Of a stretch of DNA of 64,000 nt, positions 28,322 through 42,230 are shown piece after piece (the stretch's first letter is position 1; each line of letters begins with the position of its first letter). The position numbers were made by a program, and so were the translations under genes. This DNA comes from the human T2T-CHM13v2.0 reference genome, Homo sapiens: the NCBI RefSeq assembly GCF_009914755.1, contig NC_060928.1, one strand, 5' to 3'. The notes below the pieces were generated by a model, which worked only from the letters and a program-made list of their open reading frames with translations, had not been told where the DNA came from and made no database searches.

Positions 28322-28734
28322 CTTCTGTTTTCCATAGAAAGAGCAAAACAATTTGAATAAAACTATATCACTTTGCTCTTCCGTAGGTTATCCAGAGATA
28401 ATCTCCCCTTTTTTGTCAGATCTTTGTGTATTTCTCTTCCTCATTAATTTTGTATTAACACCCATTTTTCCCTACTAACCTCTCCATTTCTAATTTTTCT
28501 TTAGATCAACTTCACTCCTATATTATTTACCCACTCCTGGAGGTAAGGAAAAGTGTTAAGGGAACACAATTGGAGAGATTAAAAAGATAAACTGAAGAGT
28601 TGGGGCAAGGCTAAAAAGCCAAGAGGTATAATGGGGACCAAATTGTGGAGACAGAGCTAAATGTTTTTCTCCCTGAAGGCAATAAAATTCAATTAACCAA
28701 TTGGTAATTTTTTGTCCCATCTGCCTGGTACAGT

Positions 28735-29020
28735 CTTCTAGGTGGGTGCCTGATTAGCTCTTTATCATACATTAGAGCTCAGCTCATATACTGCTTCCTG
28801 TGAGAGGTGTTTCTTAATCTCCCAAGGTAAAATGCTGTCCTCACTCCCACCATTTATATCACATCAGCATGTTATAATTTCTGCATGTCACCTATGACTA
28901 TGTGAATATATTTTATTTCATCATTTGTCTGTTTCCTTCCAATAAAAAGTAACCTTCATGTGAACAAGGTCCATGATTTGTGGTTGTTCTCTCTATCCCT
29001 AATCTAGTACAAAGACACAT
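28735..29020 (+). mobile_element. L2 3' fragment
   Basis: gagctcagctcatatactgcttcctgtgagaggtgtttctt..tttgtctgtttccttcc..aaccttcatgtgaacaagg. Confidence 0.55.
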
Positions 29021-29650
29021 AAGAAAATAGTTCTATAAAGATAATTATTTCTTTTCATAGAAAATCATAATTTAATTCACAGAATAACTAGAAAATGATA
29101 AAGAGTGAAATGCACCCTGTAAACCATAAGTAATACACTAGTTCAGTGGTAAGAGGAATTGTTATGGCTAGAAACATTTAGGGAAGACTTCATAGAGGAT
29201 GAGAGCTTTAAAATGACCCTGAAGAACAGGCAAAGAGAAGAATGGGCATTACCACGGAGGGAGAGGTCTTGGGCAGGGAATAGGGGTAAGAATTAGACTT
29301 AAATGCTATTAAATGCCTTATTTCTCACCACCCACTTCTAATTTCTTTCATGTAAGCGTGGTATTTGATTTGAAATTACCCTTCTGACTTTTTTATGGAT
29401 AAACATGAAGCCAGATATTCACTACGACAGCTTGTTGAAGGAATGGATGGTGAAGGCATCACTTGTCTCAGTGCTGAGGTGCAGCCCTCAATAAGCCTGC
29501 GGTTCAATGAAGTGCTGTCTTTGTGACAGGATGGATGAGGCAGCTATGTTGTGAGCAGCAGTTGTAGATTACGTGGGCTGTGGCTTTCACAGGAATTTGT
29601 CAGGCTAGGCTAGGTTTCATGTGAGAAACTTGAAGCACCCCTCGTGAGGC

Positions 29651-29697
29651 TGTCTACATGGGCTGGCATAAGTGTCTACATGGGCTGGCATAAGTGT
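29651..29697. repeat. Perfect 22-bp tandem duplication
   Basis: tgtctacatgggctggcataag at 29651-29672 and 29673-29694, followed by tgt. Confidence 0.95.
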
Positions 29698-30552
29698 TTC
29701 TCACTATTGCTATAGGCCAGCATATACACATTGCCTTCTCTCACCTTTTGATTTGGAAGCCAACTGTCAGTTTTCGATGTCTTCACCTGATAAAAACTCT
29801 GCCTAAGAATCATTTTTTTCCACTGGGGATTTAGTTAGTGAAAGGGAAGCCCTAAGTATGCAATTTTAATATTGAGGAAAGGGCAGTACATAGCATTCTA
29901 CCCATTTTCACTACCTTTGGCAGTGTCTTGTTTTGTGACATTGTGTGTGCTTGTGTATGTGTGTGTGCCCGCGGGGTTTTTTTTTTCCTGCTCCTTTTCT
30001 TTTATTGCCATATTGACAGAAACCTGTGCCCTTTTGGGCTGCACAGTCAAAATAGAGAGCAATCTAATTTGAAATGGCTATTTTAAAGAATAATTGGCTT
30101 GCAGAGACAGAAACCTCTAGTGGGAAAGAAAAAAGGAATACAGATGATAAATGAGCAGAGGTCTGAAAATTATTAACAAAAAATAGTGAAGTATCTTGAT
30201 GACAAGAAGACTTTGATTTACTAAATAATAAGAACATCTGAATTGAAGGCATCATTGTATTGATTTTCAGTAAGTCCGTAACTACAACCAAACACTATAA
30301 CTGATGTACAGAAGTTGAGGGCACCATTTATATTCAGAACATATAATTTTACCTTTGGAAGTTATGAATGACACTTTTTGTGCCCATTGGTGACCTCCTA
30401 AATATTCTATAAAATTTTTGAAAACTATAAAAATTCTATAATGTATAATGATATATTAAATATTGTGTTAATAGTTTAGTTAAAATCTTTCCCCAATGTG
30501 TATATAATCTTAGGTATGTTTTGTTATGTATGATTGTGGCATATTTCTGTAG

Positions 30553-31045
<493 letters not shown>

Positions 31046-32920
31046 ATCAGTGATCCATATTTACTTTGAAATGTTATATAATTATTTCAAACCTACAGTG
31101 CTTGATAAAACATAGAAAATAGAAATACTACAGAAACACAACATACTTTCCAAATAGTGACAAAAGATTCACAAAGTATGGAACTATACTTAATTGTTTA
31201 TTTGTTTATTCATTTATTCATCCCTTTATTCTTTTCCAATTTCATTGTGCTTGTTAATAGATCACTTGGTTAGTTGATTGAATAAATTGGTTTATTTAGT
31301 GTTAGAAATACCCTAACTGTTCCAGTTTGGATTTAGGCCAACATTTTCCATGTCCTATTTTGTAGAAGAGGTCTATGGAAGGAAATGTATTGCCTAGGTC
31401 ATATGGGTGGTTGCAAGCCTGGACTCATCCAAATACTAAATAGCTAAGCTACATCTGTCCTTCATGACTCCAGTTTTATTTACTGAATGTTCGGTCCTCT
31501 TATGTCCATATTTTCTTCATTTACTGAGGAACTTGTATCCTCACATGTACCTATTCTGCTGTTCTTTCATCACCCCATATAAGGTGAATATTTAATTTAT
31601 GAAATATCTGTAACTCAGATATTTTGAATTGCAACATCTAATTTTGAAATGCAACATCTTTCTCTATTAAGAGGTTAGGTTTTAAGTAGTTAGTGATTGT
31701 AGAATTTGGGGAGCTAGGGTGTGACATTTCTGGAGTGCCTTTTTCACAGCAGAAAACACGAGAAGAAAAAAAGAAAAAGAAAACAAATATTTATTTAATA
31801 CTTTTATTATGTGACAATTACCCTACATATACATTTACACATTTTATCTTATTTAATAATATCATAAACTTGAAATGATTGTCATCATAAGTAATTTTGT
31901 TTTTGCTAATGAGACCTAAAAATTGCTTGCCTGAGATGTCCACAAAATATCTGACTACCCATTATAATAGATTCATGTTCCAGTCACTCAATTTCTCCAC
32001 TGTAATGCAGCTCACTATGTATACAGATGTCATATACTCCTCTTCACTTTGCCCAGTGGGAATCACCAATTGGAAAATCGGCATAAGAATGCTGATATTC
32101 TACCTGCTGACCAAGGGGCCTCATGTCTTCTACCAGCATTTGTGAGACTATAGAAAGTTAATTTGTTTGGTTTACTTGAGTGGAATAAAATCTCAGATCC
32201 TTCACAGTTCTTGACAATGATGTCATCATTTACTTGGTCATGAATTTTCTTAGTGGTAAATGAAATAATGGTTAAAATACCATTAAATAATGGTAATTTT
32301 TAAATTAATGACTTTTTAGATTCAGTGACATGTAGTGTCTGATATATATTCTTGCATTTATACATATAGAATCAATGACATCCACACTTTCTCTCTAAAG
32401 ATCTTATCAAAGCTTCAAGTTCCTATACCGTGAAGCTGGCCAAAACAGTATAATCTCAATATTTACACTTAAAGTTAGAGATAGAGATAAGCCGAGTCAA
32501 TTTATACTTTTATTGTCACTTTCTATTCCCACCTTGTAAACAGTATCCTAGAAAATTTCCTTGGAAGAGATTTGTTTGACATGGCTGGCTTCAGGAATTT
32601 TTGGCCGTAACATCATCTCTTTTCTTACTTTAGTGAAATCAGCAAGCCAATGTATTACTTTAGAGAGGGAAACAGCTGTGAAACAGCCAAGATTTTAATA
32701 CTTCCGTATTATCTTCCTATATTTATGATCTTCCCATAGACAAGCAACAGGGAAGGCAAATTATAAGATTTTGTGTTAAGAACAGAATTAGAGTAAATAA
32801 TATTAATATCATTTTGTTGTCTACTGGTGCCTGACTGGAAAAAAACAAAACAAACAGAACACTATTATTCTTGCCCTGGAACATGCCCCAGTGCATCATT
32901 TGCTCTATTGTCTTAACCTC

Positions 32921-33219
32921 TTTTTTTTTTTTAACAAAAAGACAGAGTATCACTTTGTCAATCACACTGGAATGCAGTGGCATCATCATAGCTCACTGCA
33001 GCCTCAAACCCCCCGGGCTCAAGTGATCTACCGGCCTCAGCCTCCCAAGTAGCTAGGTCTACAGGCACATGCCACCACACCTGGCTAGTTGATTTATTTT
33101 TAGTAGAGATGGGATCTTGCTCTGTTGCCCAGGTTGGTCTTGAACTCCTGGCCTCAAGTGATCTCTGCCTTAGCCTCTCAAAGTGCTGAGATTACAGGAA
33201 TGAGCCATTGCACCTAACC
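32921..33219 (-). mobile_element. AluJ
   Basis: tcatagctcactgcagcctcaaac..gggctcaagtgatc..gagatgggatcttgctctgttgcccagg (J-type diagnostics). Confidence 0.92.
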
Positions 33220-34859
33220 TAAATTAAGCTTATTTTGGTAGTTTCATTCTTCAGGAAAATTGCTTTAGCATTGCACTTAAAAAATTCTATTGAGATGGCT
33301 GAGGATTTCTGAACAAACCACATTCCTGTGGGCGTTGTTTTGAATGAGCATTTGAAGGTGGCTGGATGTGTAGCAGCTATCTTCAAATTTATGTAGAACT
33401 AGCATGCAGACAAGGCCACAATACTGAGAGATAGCAAGGTAGAAAGATTAAATGTCCCCAAATCACCAGACTCCAATTCTGTTACTCTATGTTCAACCAA
33501 TGTGTTTCCTGAGCTCGTATTTTGTGTCTCTTTGTTGCCTTCCTTTCCTGGCAAGAGCTGAATGTATTGGTGGGAATGGAATCAGGTTGAGCAGAAGATG
33601 TATCAATACATGAGCTATCACTTATTCCTTATTATAGCTCTTCTCATAAATTTTCAGCCTAGCTTAGTTCTTTCCTAATTGAGAGGAGAGAAATCAGTTT
33701 TTTAAATTCTCGTTTAACAGCTGTTTTTCTTTTTTTCTTTTTGACCCCAGTTTTAGAGATTCTTTAATATTAAAGATTACAAGGTGATGTTCTTTTTCTC
33801 AAAGGTCCTTATGAAGGACAAAGAAAGAGAACTGTATGGAAATAAAAGTGAATCAGTCTTTGACATAACAAATTTCTAACTACCATAAAGGATACTTTAT
33901 GTGTCATATTTCTACATATGTAATTCACCATTATACTTTCTTATTATTTGTAGCCATTTAATCACTTCCCCAAACAAACCATGTCTTCAGGCATTTCTTA
34001 CTCTGTCTTTTGTAATTTCTGTTACTTCTTCACTTCTAACAAAATTATTATTACATTTATTTTACAGTTGTTGATGGAGAGTTTTAATACATCAGATATT
34101 GAAACTCATATTTTTTTACAACATCACTCTTAATGGACTTATTATCTGATTGAGTTTTTTTCTGTTTTGCACTTTAATATTTGTTCTTATTGATAGAAGC
34201 ACTTACATGTTAAAAAAAATAACTTTCCCATTTCTGCCATGGTAGGTGCCATGTTCTCCCATGCTAGGTGCATGCTAGTTGCAGGGAATAATTCTCTTTC
34301 ATAATCACAAAAGTGCCTCCAAAGATAGTTCTGTACTATTTCCTTTGAAAGGCTCTTTTGAAATATAATATTTCTATGACCACATATAATTTCCTGAAGA
34401 CCTTTAATAAAAGGCTAAATGCTAGCTTTTATCTCACTTAGTTGGCACAATTTTCCACATTTATATCACAGATTTTAATTTTATTTCAGCAACCTTATTT
34501 TTAAACTTCAAATAGTCATAGAATTCTATGTAGCTTCCAAACCATTGATCGGCTATTATAAGTAACATCTCATTCTCCAACATGATCCCCTGCATTACTC
34601 TCCTGCACATTCGCTGCAGTTACAAATGGAACAGGGTCAAAGTGAAATCATTTCAATCACTTTAAGTATGAATGAAGAGTAGCCCCTGAAAGGTAGAGTC
34701 AAAGCTCAGAATTTGGATATGGCAACAAATTGAGTGGTCTGTTAATTCTAAGGATGCCCACCAGAATGTGAACTAGAATGTATTAAATATTGGGGACCTG
34801 CATACAGGGCAGGTAGGACTCCTAGAGACCTAGAAAAATGTTCAACTTAGTTTTAGATC

Positions 34860-35130
<271 letters not shown>

Positions 35131-37214
35131 CATTGGTTGAAATTGCATGTCAACTGAGAGTCCTGGAAAACAGTGATGTACAGGAAATTGGAGTTTATTA
35201 TTATTATTTCTGAACATAAAAGGGTCTGAAGGTAGGAATTTCAGTACTGGCATGAATTTCTATGATATAAGCAGGAAATGAGGCTCCTTCTCGTTTTTGT
35301 TCCCTCTTCCTTAAGGCATGATTGTTGTTGATGTTTTCAAGATAACTACTGGACCCTAATTGTCATTACCTACCCTGGGCAAAGAGGGTCAAGACAAAGG
35401 CAATAATAATTTTAAAAAGGTCAGGCTAAATGAGTTTGTCCTGCTGTTTAAGTCCACCTAAGAACTCTCTTAGATAACAAAGAAAGTGAACGTGAAGACA
35501 GGACTGGAGCCCAGTCACTATACAATAGAGTACAAATTACAGAAACCATTAATGGGGAAGTATTTTGTTGATAGAATAGTATAGGCACCAGAATTTGCAA
35601 AAAAAGACTTAGTTTCAACCTATGTAGGGTTTATAACGGGCAGGTTTTACACTACCTTGATAGGTTTTCTCAAGATGAGCACACCTATAACATATGCACA
35701 ATTCATCGCCATGAGTTATATTAAATCATGACAAATCATAATGTCTGATAGACCAGTCCTGATGTGACATTTGTCCTGATGTACACATAAAACTTAAGGT
35801 ATACAAATATACTCATGTACTTTATAACCTCTCAAGTTTGGTTACTGTGTACTTCCCAACAGTGTATTTCAACTTTATACACTTTATTGCTCTGCTGCCA
35901 TCCAAGAGATTTCTACAGTTCTCATGTTACTATTTACTCTTGAAGTGCCTATTGTACATATATTTTACTTCAACAGCTATAAAAATGTCTGCTAGCTACT
36001 TAAGAATCATTACATTTTGGAAAAGAAAACCACCTTTAAATCAAATTGAATATGCATGGATCTTTAAAAGGTCTGACCTCACTTAAACAAATGTTACCTT
36101 AACAGAACAGTTGATCTTATGGAAGATCAATTATGACAAAAATCACTAAGTCCAAAAGAGAAGTCTTGTCTTTGGAAATGAACATGAAATAATTTATTTG
36201 ACTTCTAATCATATTTATGCCATTAGAAAAATGAAATGCCTTTACCACAGAGGCGATACAGAAATGTATATGAGAAAATTGATTAGGTGCTAATTGCTTT
36301 CTTGATCCTTAACTTCACTAATATTATTCACGGGATAAATATAAATAGATCTTATGTCCTGTAGCTAGGTCTTTTTCTAAATTATATGAGCAATTTTAAA
36401 GGAACAACTGCCTTTATTCTTAGGGAGAAATTTGAATAAGATTTTTCTTGATTAAAACAAATAATTGCTTTATTGTGGTTAAACATAATTTGACCTAAAT
36501 TGATCACTTTCTTGGATACGTTATCTTTGAGCATCTTAAAAAATGAAACACACCTTTTAGATGAGATAATTCTTTGTTGATATGAATTATTTTTATATGG
36601 TTTATTTTTCTATTATTAAAAAATGGCAAAAATTCTGATTTCCCTATAATCTCACTTGTTGAAAGTAAAGTTGAGCCATGTCCACACAAAACAATATGTT
36701 TAAATGAAAACTAAAAGCTCATTTAGATCTATCTAGCCATCTGTAATTAGTCAAATATGCAGAATTAAGGAAGCAGATTCTCATTTAACTCTGTTTACAT
36801 AGTACACAAAATTTAAACCACAATTGAATGATTTACACAAAACTTAAATAGCAATTGAATTGTTAAACCTTCATTTCCTTCTTCCACCTTTCCAGCTTAA
36901 ACAAATTTTGCACAAATATTTTAAATTTGATAGGCATTTTAACATGTATTAAATTTTTTTCTCATTTTGAAGATAATACCTTATTTATGAGAAAATGTCT
37001 TTCTTTTTCTTTAAAGGAAGATTGGTGTCTATAATTACTGCTATGATTCATAGACTGTCAGACTGTATAATAATGAGTCTGAAATGGTTACATAGGAGCC
37101 CTTTCTGAGTTTATATAGCACGAAGACTGAGAAGGTAATTTTAATGGACTTGCATAGGAAATGTCATAATATCCCTATTTTTGGCCAGTGTGGCTATGTT
37201 TTCTGCTTGGACCT

Positions 37215-37910
37215 TACATCTGTTTGCTAGGGTTACCATAACAAAGCACCACAGTCCGCATGGCTTAAACAACAGAAATTTATTTTTTCACAGTGCTGGA
37301 GGCCAGAAGTCTGTGATGGAGTTGCTGGCAGGGTTGTTTTCTTCTGAAGCTGCTCCCTGGCTTCCGGAAGCCATTTTCTCTCTGTGTCTCCAGGCCATCT
37401 TTCCTTTGTGCCTGGCTGTGCCCTAATCTCTTTCTCTCTCTCTTTTTTTTTTAAGACAGAGTCTCCCTGTGTCACCCAGGCTGGAGTGCAATGGCGTGAT
37501 CGCGGCTCACTGCAACCCTCTGCTACCCGAGTTCAAGTGATTCTGCCTCACCTTCCCAAATAGTTGGGATTACAGGTGCCCACCACCACTCTCAGACTAA
37601 TTTTTCCGTTTTTAGTAGAGACTGGGTTTCACCGTGTTGGCCAGGCTGTTCTGCAACTCCTGACCTCAGGTGATTCACCCGCCTCAGCCTCCCAAAGTGC
37701 TGGGATTACAGGTGTGAGCCACCTCACCTGGCCCCTAATCTCTTCTTATATGACACCAGTCATACTGGATTAGAGCCCACCCTAATGACTTCATTGTCAT
37801 TTAGCTTTACCTCTTTAAAGGTTTTATCTGCCAAGATAGTCACATTCAGAGGTACTAGGTGTTAGAACCTTAATATATGAATTTTGGGGAGGCATAATTC
37901 TGCCCATAAA
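37215..37910 (-). mobile_element. MaLR LTR (MLT1B/C-like) split by an Alu
   Basis: gtttgctagggttaccataacaaagcaccacag..ggcttaaacaacagaaatttatt ... gacaccagtcatactggattagagcccaccctaatgac..tagtcacattcagaggtactagg. Confidence 0.85.
37433..37733 (-). mobile_element. AluS (Sp/Sq-like) with TSD
   Basis: Full antisense dimer; TSD cctaatctctt at 37422-37432 and 37734-37744. Confidence 0.93.
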
Positions 37911-38199
37911 AGACCTCAACAGCCAATGCATCTCTCTGCCAAAGGAATTTAAGACATCTTTAATATTATCACAGTAGGCAAAACTATGATGATGATGAGC
38001 ATGCTGACTAGGGAAGAAAGGATAGTGCTTACAATTCACAAAAACACAGAATAAAAAAGTTGAGGTTAAAGAGCTGCAACAATATACAGCCATGTTTTTC
38101 AATTAATGAAGCTGGAAGCCACCATTTTGGATAACATATTAGGATGAAGAAAATAGATATGAATAGCTCTACTAACTTAAGGTGTGAGTGATATTATAT

Positions 38200-39200
38200 T
38201 TATTTGTCTTTGTATCAGAATGCCAAAATGATCTTGGAAGACCAAGAATAAAATATCAGTTTGTAAGTGCTCCAGCATTCCAATTGAGGTGCTAGACATG
38301 TAAATGAAGAGACTAAAACTTCATTTTGCAGTCTTTAGCTCAATATCCACCTTAAGCTCGAAGGCTTAGTTTGGGAATTAGATTTCTTGAAGAAGCTTGC
38401 ACTTGTTTTACACGGGGTAAGGGAAACAATATTTTACATCACTTCAAGTCAAGTATGTGGGTCTTGATTTACAGTGCCTGCAGTTTGGGAGCATAGTGGA
38501 CTGGCTGGTATTGGATGCATATCTGAATACCTTCTCCAGTCACTCTCTCCTCTCAAAAAAGTTTAGAAGCAAAAGGCTGGCTGAAATGTTCTGCAGCAAC
38601 AGAATAGAGTGCTGCATTAACAAAGTAACTACACTCCCACTCCTGATACAGTAGATCAACGCTGTATGTTTCTTGTTCGCCAAATCTGGCCCATAGACAA
38701 AACACAGAGCCAATCTTAGGCTGTCTTAGACATTAATGAAGAGCATAAGACATCTCCAGCCATGAGGGAGGGAATTTAGAGATCCATAACACGACAGCCT
38801 GAGAAAAAGAGATGTTTTAATTATCTACCTGGTCCAGAATATACCATGACCCTCATGATAGTAATAGTCAAGTAAGACTGTGACCAACACGATGTCCAAG
38901 TTGAGAAAGGAGAGAAACATATTTGAAATGTAATTCAGAGTTCTGACTATTGCATATTATGGACATTTTAATTGTGTGAATGAAATTAGATTCATAACTA
39001 AACATGAAGAAATACCTTTTGTTTTCTGAGAGTTAGGAGATAAGTTTTAAGGCCTGCCCAAAATTTTACTCAGGGTCAGGAAAGAACCAGACATACACGA
39101 TGAATATGAATGAATATTTAGGATGGAAGAATAATATTGGTTGCAGAATTACATTCAATGAATCCCATTTGTTTAATTGATTTTTAAATTAAATTAAATT
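38200..39200 (+). mobile_element. Ancient LTR-like element (LTR78-like, tentative)
   Basis: gactattgcatattatggacattttaatt...aaggcctgcccaaaattttactcagggtcaggaaagaaccag..gaataatattg resembles the recalled 3' part of old eutherian LTRs. Confidence 0.35.
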
Positions 39201-40365
39201 CTGCTCAATCTCTGAAATTATGGTAATATTCTTGTAAGGCCCCCTTCTTGCCCAGTTGTCCAACAAACCTGGAGGGCTAACATATTTTCAAATAGTGAGA
39301 AGAAAGCCCACCTTCCATAGTCTTGTGGATTTATCTGGTTCTTTTTCTGAGTTCTATTACATATTTATGTGGACTCCCATGTGTTGCCATGGATGAACAT
39401 CCATAGTGCATGAAGTCTGGCTGGGCTGTAGTTCCCAGCAGAAGCCAGCATGATCCACTGAAGGTAAAAAGTGGCTCCCCATTTATGCTAAGTTCCCCTG
39501 AAAGAATTCTTTAGTTAGATCATAAACTGTGGTCTTTTGCAATTTCCAACAGCATAAGTAGACATCATCTTCACCCTGCCACCTCTTACATGCTATATAC
39601 CAGAAAGTCTGCCAAGATGCCTATATTACTGCCATTCATCCTAAAAGATCAGGCAGGTTTTACTTGTCACCATTCAAGAGTGGCAGTCGATCCCTCCCAC
39701 TCCTTTCTTCAGAGGTGGAGTCATGCTAGCCCTGCCTCACCACTCCCATTTCTGTCGACTATTAGCAGATATTCAGAGAGAAAGTTGCAGGAACAATGAC
39801 ATTCTCTCAATGAGTCATTCTTCCGTATCAACTTTTAAAGAATTGGCACTTGATTTCTGTCCTTTCAACAAATAGGTTTGCAAATATTTATAAAATCCCT
39901 AAAATAACAAATATTCATACTATTGCAAATAGTCTGGGACAAACTAAAACCTGTTTGTAATGGGAAGTGATGCACTGAAACTTCTGTAGTGAAATCCATT
40001 CTAGATCAGAAGAGAAAGAATGATTTTAACAATACTAGTTAAGGATTATCATGTTTCCTTACCGATAAACTGAAAATAGATTTGAGAATTTTCTAAATCT
40101 CCCTCTCTCTCACACACGCACACACACAGAAACACCTGTACCTATTTGCATATTATTTTAAATATATTAATTTAAGCATATGCATATATTTTTAAATTGT
40201 TTTTCTGATGGTATGATTGTCATTCATTTAATTTGAGTAAAATATTTCATCATCCTCATAAAGTGATGTTAAAAAGCCCTTGCTCTAGGTAGAATTTCTT
40301 TGACTATTAGAATCAAAATTTTGCAGCCAAAGTGGAAAAATAAAAGGTTAAAAAAAAAAAGTATA

Positions 40366-40667
40366 GGTTAGGCGTGGTGGTGACTCACACTTATAATCCC
40401 AGCACTTTAGGAGGCTGAGGCAGATGGGTCACCTGAGGTCAGGAGTTTGAGACCAGCCTGGTTAACATGGAGAAACCCCATCTCTACTAAAAGTAGAAAA
40501 ATTAGCTGTGTGTGGTGACCCATGCCTGTAATACCAGCTACTTAGTAAGCTGAGGCAGGAGAATTACTTGAACTCGGGAGGCGGAGGTTGCAGTGAGCTG
40601 AGATCGTGACACTGCACTCCACCCTGGGCAACAGAGTGAGACTCCATCCCCCGCCCCCCCAAAAAAA
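40366..40667 (+). mobile_element. AluS with C-rich tail
   Basis: Full dimer; ends gagactccatcccccgccccccc-aaaaaaagtat; aaaaaaagtat also precedes the element. Confidence 0.92.
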
Positions 40668-41479
40668 GTATTACAAAAGGATATTTTTAAGAGATTTAAT
40701 TCCTCCTCGAGTAAACATAATAGATGAATACATTCCATGGTTATAATTGTATATTTTAAACTAGATAGCTTAGTTACAACTGGCAGATAACTTTTTTCCC
40801 GGAAGCAAGTATGTTTGTAAAAATATTAAAAGTGCTGGGGTAGGTAGATGGCTATCTAAATTTGCATCTCATTTGATGAATATTAAACACTTTTTGAAAG
40901 GGTGAGATAAATCAACACTCAGATCTAATTAACCTAAATTGAACACATAAAAATATTTGCCACCGATAAAGTTGATTTTAGGAGTTAAGATCAGTACCAA
41001 TACATAAAATACTCTAGCAAGTAACATCTTTGAGCAACTATTAGCAGCTTTCAGCCCCTTTGATATTTGCTGTATTATAAACTCAACACAAAAACTACAA
41101 GTAAACAGGAACTAATTAAGCAAAGACAGTGTAAGCAATTTAAACAGTAACTATTGAGTTGGAGTACCTGAACTACATCTTAAATACTATGCATAAAATA
41201 GGATTTTCCTTATTTATGAGAGTTTTTACAGACTTTAAAAAGAAAACAAAATATTAAAGTTTAGAGAAAGAAAAACATAGGAAAACATTGTATAATGTTC
41301 TATTCTCCACATTAAGAAATATTTTCCAGAAACAAAATAATAACCAAACAATAGAATACATTTCCCAGATCCAACATTCCTCACAGTTAAGATACTAAGT
41401 TAGAGAAAATGATACACAGGTAAAGTAGAGACACATTTGAAGACAGTATCTAAAAAAATAAGTAGGCAAACAAAACAGT

Positions 41480-41975
41480 ATTCTTGAAATACTGCATGGC
41501 ACTGACACATTTTTTTCTTTATTGAAAAATTTTTGCACCCTGAGAAGCTCTTATAAAACGCATCAAGTTATTTTTGCGAAGGCGGCAGCAGAACAGCAGT
41601 CGCGTGATCACATTTTGACAGGCTTCAGTAGCACACAAATAGCATTAACGCAAGACCCTTGGTCTATGGCAGCGAACAGCGATGTAACAGACAACTCTAA
41701 TCAATCAGAATTTGACTTCCCTTTATTCTGACAAGGATTCTTAATATAAGCCATCAAAAGTAGTTTAAAACTTGTTAGTCCTTCTGCCCTGCTTTTAATA
41801 GAACAGGTACATACCTCAGTTGCCATCTTTTCCTTTATTGAAAAACTGACAAAGCATTACAAAATGCATCTGCCTTAAATATTTGAGGCCAACTATAAAA
41901 CATCAAGATGTGTGGCAATAAATGCATCAATGAAGATGTGCTGTGAAAGGTAAAAGGCATAAAACCGTCAAAGGC
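41480..41975. promoter_or_regulatory. Candidate conserved developmental enhancer
   Basis: Non-repeat block with 8 CpG in about 125 bp (41559-41681), TAATCAATCA (PBX, 41698-41707), TGACAG (MEIS, 41616), two ctttattgaaaaa (41517, 41833) and CAATAAA/CATAAAA; motif inference only. Confidence 0.45.
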
Positions 41976-42039
41976 AAAAAAAAAAAGGTGGGGGGTGAGC
42001 TGGATTGAAGTAAGAAAAATAATTCTGTTAAAAAGGCAA

Positions 42040-42230
42040 GAAACTTGGTGGGAACAAGATAGAATTTAGGAATCAGAAAAACCTGACTTTTCATCCTTCA
42101 CTAGGAGCTAATAACTAGGAAATGTGGGCAAATTGTTAAGTCTCCCCAGGCTTTGCTTGACACATTTGGAAAATGAAGAGGCAGCCTGGATGATTTCCAA
42201 GATTCCTTCCAAAGCTACAATCTGATGATA
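42040..42230 (+). mobile_element. MIR3/MIRc-like SINE
   Basis: ggaatcagaaaaacctg..gtgggcaaattgttaagtctc..aaaatgaagagg..ctggatgatttccaagattccttcc. Confidence 0.6.
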
